DNA from: a virus
Lineage: Duplodnaviria; Caudoviricetes
IMG/VR virus record: IMGVR_UViG_3300037483_000942
Location: 1-31,981 of that record
Length of the DNA: 31,981 nt
Direction: 5' to 3' (one strand)
A program made the position numbers and the translations under genes. This document shows positions 25,989 to 31,981 of this stretch, one piece after another. Positions within the stretch are counted from its first letter, which is position 1. Each line of letters starts with the position of its first letter. The notes under the pieces are model-generated. The model saw only the letters and a list, made by a program, of their open reading frames with translations. It was not told where the DNA came from and did no database searches.

Positions 25989-26550
25989 TTTGGACTTGAT
26001 TAAATTTTTCTGGGTTTAGCCTTGTATAGGCGACCGTATGATGTATTTGTTTGTGCCCCAAGTAGTCTTGAATGACTCTTAGGGGCACATTCTTATTTAC
26101 AAGCTCGTATCCGCATGAATGACGCATCATATGTGAATGTAGTCGTGGCAAATTTAATTTTTCTTTTACATTTTCATATATATATTGATACGAACGCATG
26201 GACATCTTATTTCCTGTCCTAGAAGACAAAAATATATATTCTTTGCTATAAAATTTATCTTTGAATTTATCTTTATAAAAACATTTTAATTCTTCTAAAG
26301 ATTTTATTTCGGATTCACCAAGGCTTTGCCATGAGGGGTTGCTGTTTTTAACTCTATGAACATAAATTTTTTGATGATTAATGTCTATATCAGACCACTT
26401 TAAATTTACAACTTCAGCTGCGCGCATTCCATGGCGATACGCCAAAAGCATCATTGAATAATCTCGAACAGGGTAGTTAGTTAGGGACATTTGTTTAAAC
26501 GAATCTAAAATTTTTTCTACTTCATCGCGATATAAAAACTTTCTGCTCAT
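25969..26550 (-). CDS. FimB/FimE-like tyrosine recombinase (catalytic domain only)
   Basis: RKFL...E, HGMRAAE (R), HRVK (K), HSHMMRHSCG (HxxR) and IQDYLGHKQIHHTVAYT (H, Y) closely follow FimB/FimE motifs. Confidence 0.92.
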   Translation of the reverse strand: MSRKFLYRDEVEKILDSFKQMSLTNYPVRDYSMMLLAYRHGMRAAEVVNLKWSDIDINHQKIYVHRVKNSNPSWQSLGESEIKSLEELKCFYKDKFKDKFYSKEYIFLSSRTGNKMSMRSYQYIYENVKEKLNLPRLHSHMMRHSCGYELVNKNVPLRVIQDYLGHKQIHHTVAYTRLNPEKFNQVQTNVWFD

Positions 26551-26730
26551 TCTATTCCTATTAATCAGTTTGGGTGTTAGATTAATAACATAATTATATA
26601 GATAATAACATCATCATTTGTCTTCATCGGGCATATCAAAATTATTCATAACCTCTTGAGCTATGTCAGATGCAATTACGTTTAACTCAGCAATTAATTT
26701 ATCATTTAACATAATTATCCAATTTCTACA

Positions 26731-26931
26731 TTAAAAAGGTATTATACCTAACTCTATATATCTCTTTGTGATATACTCATCAACAACCTCTCTAAAAGCT
26801 ATTTCAATACCTTTAATGCCAACGTCTGATGCTAATAGACGAGAATCATCATCCATAAATTTACCAACGAACGAGTCTCCATCGATATGTTCAATCTCAC
26901 AACGGAATCCCTTATAGTATAAGTCATTCAT
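26731..26931 (-). CDS. HicB-like antitoxin N-terminal-domain protein
   Basis: YYKGFRCEIEH.DGDSFVG...GIEIAFREVVDEYI. Confidence 0.6.
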   Translation of the reverse strand: MNDLYYKGFRCEIEHIDGDSFVGKFMDDDSRLLASDVGIKGIEIAFREVVDEYITKRYIELGIIPF

Positions 26932-26933
26932 TG

Positions 26934-27398
26934 CTATTCTCCATGCCAGTGATGCGGCACGTAATGGGCTACCTCAATTGTTAATTCGTGTGATCTTGCT
27001 CCCTCTCTCCAACCTAATGGAATGTCATCAGAAAATAATATGTTAAAAGTTTTACACGAATTTCCAACACAAAATTCACAATCAACAGGACAATCATCAT
27101 CACCCATCCAATCCCTAGACACTAAAACAACCCATCCTCCATGGTTACCACCATAAATCTTTTTGGACCTTAATACTCCATTTGAAAAACATTTTTCTAG
27201 ATTTGCTATTTTCAAATATTCTTCATAATTAATTTTTTTTAACTCCCCTAAAATGTACTCATGTATGTCAAATTCTCTATATATTACTTGGAAAAATCCT
27301 GCTTGATAATCACATCGTATAATTTGAACGTATCCTCCAGTTAGGATGAATTCTCTCTTAACGTAAAGGTTCTTATGGTTTTTCTTTGCATAAATCAT
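26934..27398 (-). CDS. Hypothetical protein with Cys/His-rich C-terminus
   Basis: CPVDCEFC...C and HE....AH..PHHWH. Confidence 0.55.
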   Translation of the reverse strand: MIYAKKNHKNLYVKREFILTGGYVQIIRCDYQAGFFQVIYREFDIHEYILGELKKINYEEYLKIANLEKCFSNGVLRSKKIYGGNHGGWVVLVSRDWMGDDDCPVDCEFCVGNSCKTFNILFSDDIPLGWREGARSHELTIEVAHYVPHHWHGE

Positions 27399-27597
27399 TT
27401 TTTAATGCGGCCTTTATTCTATCTAATTCGTTATCCAATTCTTCCAATAAATAAGTAATTGAAAAAACTATAACAGTCCAATACATCGGGTTGTCATCAT
27501 TGCTATCATGTTCGGCTTCCATACCACGTTTCCTTGCCCACCTGAGCACTTCGACGATATATTCGATATTATTGAATGTATGTTTTATATCTTTCAT
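27373..27597 (-). CDS. Hypothetical protein
   Basis: Coupled ORF in the leftward operon. Confidence 0.6.
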   Translation of the reverse strand: MKDIKHTFNNIEYIVEVLRWARKRGMEAEHDSNDDNPMYWTVIVFSITYLLEELDNELDRIKAALKNDLCKEKP

Positions 27598-28100
27598 TAT
27601 TCTTCTCCCTCAGTTTTTGGCAGGACTCTATCAGTTATAACTTTAGTAAGTGAGTCGATTATACCTTTCTTAGCAATTCCTATATACTCATCCGACTCAA
27701 CAGGATAATTCTTAAATTTGTAAACAAATGATGTCGATTCCACTTCATCATTGACGCCCATGTAAACAATAAAAATTCCTATTACACTATCAAACGGTAA
27801 AATATAAAAATTTTCTTTAATAAATCTTGCCTTTTTATGAGAAATTCGTTTTAGTATGGATTGAATTTCCTGAGATTCATCAAACCACTCGTCTAATATG
27901 TGCTTTGATAAAATAAAATGTTCGGTCGGGTGACTCTCTACGTTGGAATTTTTGTCTATCTCCCCAAGTAGCTTAATATATTCAATATAATTAAGTGCCG
28001 CCTCGAAAAATCCCTGGTCCCGTAATTTAAACAGTTTTTTCTTTGTTTCAATTTCGTAGAAGGATAGCAGGGCCTCTATGGATATGTATTCTGGGTCCAT
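27597..28100 (-). CDS. Hypothetical protein, paralog of 1476..1943
   Basis: Motif alignment with 1476..1943. Confidence 0.7.
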   Translation of the reverse strand: MDPEYISIEALLSFYEIETKKKLFKLRDQGFFEAALNYIEYIKLLGEIDKNSNVESHPTEHFILSKHILDEWFDESQEIQSILKRISHKKARFIKENFYILPFDSVIGIFIVYMGVNDEVESTSFVYKFKNYPVESDEYIGIAKKGIIDSLTKVITDRVLPKTEGEE

Positions 28101-28101
28101 A

Positions 28102-28212
28102 TTATTTTTTCCTCTTATAAAAATGGGACATTATTCCAGCTAAAGTAATAATTGATAAAATTATCATTGCACACCCAAAAAAACGAATGAGTAAGTTTAT
28201 GATCTCAATCAT
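28102..28212 (-). CDS. Small membrane peptide (36 aa; MIEIINLLIRFFGCAMIILSIITLAGIMSHFYKRKK)
   Basis: Fills the gap between recT and the next gene; single TM helix with a basic tail. Confidence 0.55.
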   Translation of the reverse strand: MIEIINLLIRFFGCAMIILSIITLAGIMSHFYKRKK

Positions 28213-28960
28213 TTTCATCTTCCAATGAATAAACACATTTATATTTAGGTTCGAGGTCTAATATCTCACGTTCCTGAATTTTTTGATCTAAGGCGTCCAT
28301 AACTTTATTTTCAACTTTTTTTGGTTCTTCTTCAAAATTATGAGTTACATCAATTGTTTTATAATCAATAGCTTCTTCATATGGAATAAGACCTTTTAAT
28401 GCATCTGAAAATTTATCTTTTCCTCCAATTCTAGCTCTCCATTGCAACATTCTTTTTGGATATTTACACCATGGAGATTTTTTATAATTGTTAAAATATG
28501 AAGTTTTATTGTTTTTATCATACTCTTTTAATCGTTCAAGTTGCTCTTCTGTTTTATAAAGACCTGCTGTTAGTGCATCATCTAGAGAAAATTTTGTATG
28601 ATGTTCGTCAGACCCTTTTCTTTTCATTATGCAATGTGCAGTCATGGTATCATCATCAAACCATTCTTTATGATATTCATAATGTTTACTACTTTGTATA
28701 ATTGCTAAATAAGCATCTCCATATACTGCTGGCCTTCCATTAATAACCGCTATATTTTGTACCGATTGAATGGGATTTAATCCAACATCTAATCCCATTT
28801 GAACAGCAAGAAGGATATTTTCCGGTCTCCCTTTCATTTCTTTTGGAACAAAGTCGCTTTTTGCCATTAACTGAGCGAACTCCATAGCTTGTGCTAAGTT
28901 TTCAGGAATAAGAGAAAATCTCTTTTGTTTAACTATGTCGCTCATTTTATGCCTCTTCAT
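28205..28960 (-). CDS. recT: RecT-family single-strand annealing protein
   Basis: A..MAKSDFVP..KG.PENIL.A...G...GLNP.QS.QNIAVINGRP and PW..YP.RML..RA. Confidence 0.88.
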   Translation of the reverse strand: MKRHKMSDIVKQKRFSLIPENLAQAMEFAQLMAKSDFVPKEMKGRPENILLAVQMGLDVGLNPIQSVQNIAVINGRPAVYGDAYLAIIQSSKHYEYHKEWFDDDTMTAHCIMKRKGSDEHHTKFSLDDALTAGLYKTEEQLERLKEYDKNNKTSYFNNYKKSPWCKYPKRMLQWRARIGGKDKFSDALKGLIPYEEAIDYKTIDVTHNFEEEPKKVENKVMDALDQKIQEREILDLEPKYKCVYSLEDEND

Positions 28961-29249
28961 TATTCATTTTTTTAATAAATGATTGTGTTATTTCACCAAT
29001 CTTTTTTTCTATAGACATAGGGGTTGCATTAGCACTTATAGAAACGGAATGATCATAATAATCACCTCTATCGCTTGCTACCCATAACCTTCCATGAACC
29101 GTGTTATTCCTAACATCTGAACTTACATCTGAATTTATATACATTCCTTCAGAAATATTTTTTGTGTAAAACAAATTGTATCCGACCCCCATTCTTAATA
29201 ATTTAAAAATGCTTTGTGCCTCTGTTATATTTGATGGTGAATATGTCAT
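28947..29249 (-). CDS. Hypothetical protein
   Basis: Overlap-coupled ORF. Confidence 0.6.
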   Translation of the reverse strand: MTYSPSNITEAQSIFKLLRMGVGYNLFYTKNISEGMYINSDVSSDVRNNTVHGRLWVASDRGDYYDHSVSISANATPMSIEKKIGEITQSFIKKMNNEEA

Positions 29250-29467
29250 TTTTTTTCCTCCAGTATGCGTTCAATCATATTGATAGTTGCTTTGTAATAT
29301 TCTATTTTGTTAACTCCACATACACGACCTTTCAAATCTCTATCAAGAATCTTTGTATGCTCGTCTAAAAGAATCTTATCAATTTCATAAAGTGATTTAT
29401 TTGGTAGTAGACTTCTTAATGAATTATTCATTTTATTTTCCTTAGTATGTTCTGAATGTACGAACAC
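29246..29467 (-). CDS. Hypothetical protein (start may be the downstream MNNSL)
   Basis: Coupled ORF. Confidence 0.55.
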   Translation of the reverse strand: MFVHSEHTKENKMNNSLRSLLPNKSLYEIDKILLDEHTKILDRDLKGRVCGVNKIEYYKATINMIERILEEKK

Positions 29468-30455
29468 CTTGTTCGCTCACTTTTGTAAACTTTTGTATTA
29501 ACTCAGGTTCTTGGAGTTTTAGATTCTTTGTATCCAAATATTCCCTTGGCTTTGATTCTTTCCAAGAGGCAATTTTTATACCTTCTCCGGTTGTTAAAAC
29601 TTCTGCCTCCTCCATAAAAACAGTGATTTCTTTTTTAAATTCGTTTTCTTTTTGTTCAAGTTCCTTTAATGTTTTCTTTATATCATCAAGTTCTTTCACC
29701 ATATTTAGAATACGGTTATCTGCAACTTTTGAAACAGGTTTGCTTCTAGGATACACAAGCGAAACTTCTTCATATTTTACAGGAGCTGGCGGCGTTTTTG
29801 TTTGTATGCGATTCCAGAAATCTCCTAATAAAATAGGAAGTTTCTTTTCTAAATCAGGATTTCTTTTATAGACATAATGTTTTCTGACATTCTGAAATCC
29901 ATTAAAGTGAACTAAATGTGTATGATATTCCTCTATATGAAAATCTGGATCAAATCGACGAAGATGTGATTCTGTAACCATACAACAGTGAACATTTTGG
30001 ATGAAATAAATCTGAGGAATATTACCGGAATTCTCATCCCCCCATAATTCAGGGTCCAATTCTTTAGATTCATGATACTTAACCTCCCCAAAATAAGAGC
30101 CGTCTTCTGACATCAAGTCTATAAAGCAGCGCATAAAAGGATAATCTTGGTGAATAAAGTTTCCTTTATCCTCACGTTGATTACGATCAATAAAATTAAG
30201 TCCTAATTCATTTGCAAGTTCTTTTCTTACAATATCTTCTACAGCATGGCCCTTAGCAAACTTCACAAGAGTATTGAAATCGAATTCCTGTTCAGATTCC
30301 CCTATTTTTTCTTTGTACAGCTCTAGCGGCGTTTTATACTTATTAAGTCCCAATGCAGCAGCGGCATCGCTTCCGCCTAGACCATGTAATCTTAATTGTG
30401 TATCTGTATAATCTAGTGACATGATTATAGTTTCCCCTCTAAAACGATATTCCAC
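29442..30455 (-). CDS. YqaJ/lambda-exonuclease family recombination nuclease (start probably 30422)
   Basis: R..GLGGSDAAAALGLNKYKTPLELY.EK, G...E, D...EVK and IP..Y..Q motifs; near recT. Confidence 0.92.
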   Translation of the reverse strand: MEYRFRGETIIMSLDYTDTQLRLHGLGGSDAAAALGLNKYKTPLELYKEKIGESEQEFDFNTLVKFAKGHAVEDIVRKELANELGLNFIDRNQREDKGNFIHQDYPFMRCFIDLMSEDGSYFGEVKYHESKELDPELWGDENSGNIPQIYFIQNVHCCMVTESHLRRFDPDFHIEEYHTHLVHFNGFQNVRKHYVYKRNPDLEKKLPILLGDFWNRIQTKTPPAPVKYEEVSLVYPRSKPVSKVADNRILNMVKELDDIKKTLKELEQKENEFKKEITVFMEEAEVLTTGEGIKIASWKESKPREYLDTKNLKLQEPELIQKFTKVSEQGVRTFRTY

Positions 30456-30709
30456 CGCTGATCGCTATTATGTTTTTTCCACTCCTGATATTCGGCCTCT
30501 TCTTTTTCTTGTTGTTCAATGATTAGTTTTTCATCAATTCCAAACCAGCTTTCTAAATCTAGCTGTTGGACTTCTTCTTCAATTGGCTGACCAAAATCTA
30601 TTTCCTCACATATGAGGTCAATTTTTTCTTGTCCTTCACAATGTTTAATCTGCAATGCAATGTTTGAACCGTATTGTTGTTCGATATAATCCATTAACTT
30701 ATTTTCCAT
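30425..30709 (-). CDS. Hypothetical acidic protein, first gene of the leftward operon
   Basis: AAGGAGG RBS on the minus strand. Confidence 0.65.
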   Translation of the reverse strand: MENKLMDYIEQQYGSNIALQIKHCEGQEKIDLICEEIDFGQPIEEEVQQLDLESWFGIDEKLIIEQQEKEEAEYQEWKKHNSDQRWNIVLEGKL

Positions 30710-30736
30710 AGATGCCTCCTTAGTTCTAATATTATT

Positions 30737-30765
30737 AGGTTATAGTAAGGTTATATGTAAGTCAA
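30737..30765 (-). promoter_or_regulatory. Leftward early promoter with overlapping operator-like motif
   Basis: TTGACT-17 bp-TAACCT on the minus strand; GGTTATAGTAAGGTTA at 30738-30753. Confidence 0.6.
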
Positions 30766-30781
30766 TAGGTTTTTTATTTTT

Positions 30782-31045
30782 TTATAAAATTAAGGTAGGA
30801 TATATATCATTAAATTTAACTTTGCTCTCTGTTATAATTTCAATATTCTTAGCATTATCTATTGAAGGCCGCTTAATTCCAGCGTTCCAACCAGAGGCGG
30901 CAGGCTGAGAAACTCCAACAGCTTTTGCAAAAGAAGATATACTTGGAAACATGTTTATAGCTTGTTTGACAGCCCATAAATTATAAGAAATATTTTTCTG
31001 AGTTCTTTTTTTAATAATCATCAATTTATCCTTTTTAGTTGACAT
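30782..31045 (-). CDS. Cro/YdaS-like HTH transcriptional regulator
   Basis: AVKQAI..F.S...FAKAVGVSQPAASGW..G.KRPS...A..IE..T...V....IYP. Confidence 0.88.
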   Translation of the reverse strand: MSTKKDKLMIIKKRTQKNISYNLWAVKQAINMFPSISSFAKAVGVSQPAASGWNAGIKRPSIDNAKNIEIITESKVKFNDIYPTLIL

Positions 31046-31075
31046 TTAATTTATATCATGGTTATGATAAGGTTA
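31039..31075 (+). promoter_or_regulatory. Rightward early promoter with overlapping operator-like motif
   Basis: TTGACA (31039-31044)-18 bp-TATGAT (31063-31068); GGTTATGATAAGGTTA at 31060-31075. Confidence 0.6.
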
Positions 31076-31095
31076 CAACCCAAACTTAATCTAAA

Positions 31096-31362
31096 ATGGA
31101 GACTAAAATGATAGACGATAAATTTGAAACATATTTTGGACAACCTCTTTCATCAATGATAGATCAGTACGTGAATGCTAATCCAAAATATTTAGATGGA
31201 CTTAAAACAAGAAACGGTGTTAAGACACCCACACTTGAAAAATGGGAAGAAGGTAGGGGATCGATAGAAGAGATGGCAATGATGATGGGTAAGAGCCCGG
31301 CCTATCTTATTATAGAGACCCTTATGTTTAGTGATGCACAAAGACAAATGAGAGGACATTAA
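31096..31362 (+). CDS. Hypothetical protein, possibly a degenerate HTH
   Basis: GVKTPTLEKWEEG resembles an HTH recognition helix; first gene after the rightward promoter. Confidence 0.55.
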   Translation: METKMIDDKFETYFGQPLSSMIDQYVNANPKYLDGLKTRNGVKTPTLEKWEEGRGSIEEMAMMMGKSPAYLIIETLMFSDAQRQMRGH

Positions 31363-31363
31363 G

Positions 31364-31576
31364 ATGGATATTTTAAAAGATATTTTTTACATACACCCTA
31401 TGAATGCAATACTTATGATTATATTTGGTATTTTTCTTTTAAAGATTTATAGAAATTATAGAAACTATGCAAAAGATTCTTTAACCTATTTAGACTCTAT
31501 TGAAGAAAGGTTAGATTTATTAGAAAATCCTGTTAAAAAAAATCGTGGCCGTCCAAAGAAGCTAAAAGATATATAA
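31364..31576 (+). CDS. Small membrane protein with coiled coil and AT-hook (RGRP)
   Basis: TM helix, IEERLDLLE and KKNRGRPKK. Confidence 0.65.
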   Translation: MDILKDIFYIHPMNAILMIIFGIFLLKIYRNYRNYAKDSLTYLDSIEERLDLLENPVKKNRGRPKKLKDI

Positions 31577-31577
31577 T

Positions 31578-31682
31578 ATGAACTATCTCAGTAGTCTGAA
31601 TAATATAAGCTCATTTACTAATATGGCTTTTATGTTTCTGATAGGAATATGTATATTGGTTTATTATGGAAATTATAAATAA
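31578..31682 (+). CDS. Small hydrophobic peptide (34 aa)
   Basis: Starts 1 nt after the previous stop; C-terminal TM-like stretch. Confidence 0.4.
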   Translation: MNYLSSLNNISSFTNMAFMFLIGICILVYYGNYK

Positions 31683-31798
31683 TGAATAAAGACGATGAAA
31701 TAGTTAAAGTTCTTAATGATATTAGGGATGTTCTTCTTCATATTGATATCATGATAGAACATGCATTTTTCCATCAAAATAACGATATGGAACACTAA
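31682..31798 (+). CDS. Small peptide (38 aa; MNKDDEIVKVLNDIRDVLLHIDIMIEHAFFHQNNDMEH)
   Basis: TAATG coupling; amphipathic helix. Confidence 0.45.
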   Translation: MNKDDEIVKVLNDIRDVLLHIDIMIEHAFFHQNNDMEH

Positions 31799-31822
31799 TA
31801 CAATATTTTATGATTTGGATAA

Positions 31823-31860
31823 GAAAATAGCGACGGCCACTTCAAACCGTCGCTATTTTC
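31823..31860. terminator. Perfect 14-bp stem-loop, probable terminator
   Basis: GAAAATAGCGACGG pairs with CCGTCGCTATTTTC. Confidence 0.7.
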
Positions 31861-31981
31861 GTCTCACAAGAACAAGAACATACAGGTAAAATGACAAACT
31901 GTACGCTTTTTACTTTGCCATGAAATTTTTTCAATTTCAACATTCCTTTTTAAAAAATCTTGTTGTAAGATTCGATAAACC

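Larger units (their letters stand above)
1..31981. mobile_element. Near-complete or complete podovirus-like bacteriophage genome
   Basis: Replication, packaging, head, short-tail/ejection, lysis, recombination and regulation modules are all present. There is no tape-measure or sheath gene and no host housekeeping flank. The early operon at the end points toward rep at the start, consistent with a circularly permuted contig. Confidence 0.93.

Noticed and set aside
22691-26550. Invertible tail-fibre (shufflon/Gin-like) system driven by the FimB-like recombinase
   Set aside because: There is only one fibre gene, no inverted alternative C-terminal cassette, and no flanking inverted repeats were seen by eye.
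797-29871. Alternative-frame and antisense ORFs in the track (e.g. 797..994, 5695..5973, 10840..11232, 18210..18638, 19466..19819, 29623..29871)
   Set aside because: They are nested within well-supported genes and show no recognisable motifs, so they are likely shadow ORFs.
1-31981. Terminal direct repeats, attL/attR pair or tRNA genes
   Set aside because: The two ends share no visible repeat, there are no host flanks, and no cloverleaf with T-loop/D-loop consensus was seen.

Overview
The window looks like an essentially complete ~32 kb, AT-rich tailed phage genome with a podovirus (P22-like) gene order and an N4-gp56/DUF4043-type major capsid. Rightward from the start it holds: a replication initiator, small early genes and an alphaproteobacterial-type SSB; then terminases, portal, scaffold, capsid and a decoration protein; a three-gene TPR-glycosyltransferase / methyltransferase / GT-A cassette embedded in the virion operon; adaptor, nozzle, ejection proteins, a GH73 hydrolase and a tail fibre; and a GH108 endolysin, holin and spanins. 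A leftward arm carries a Cro/YdaS-like HTH, YqaJ exonuclease, RecT, small genes and a FimB/FimE-like catalytic-domain-only tyrosine recombinase in the usual integrase slot. The most notable signals are a candidate virion-glycosylation system, tandem pseudoknot-like RNA units in the capsid leader, an integrase arm-binding domain detached from any catalytic domain, two orphan HicB-like proteins, and a CI-less early switch with one 16-bp motif over both divergent promoters. The host is probably an AT-rich alphaproteobacterium, possibly an endosymbiont (inference). All calls come from reading motifs by eye, with no database searches.
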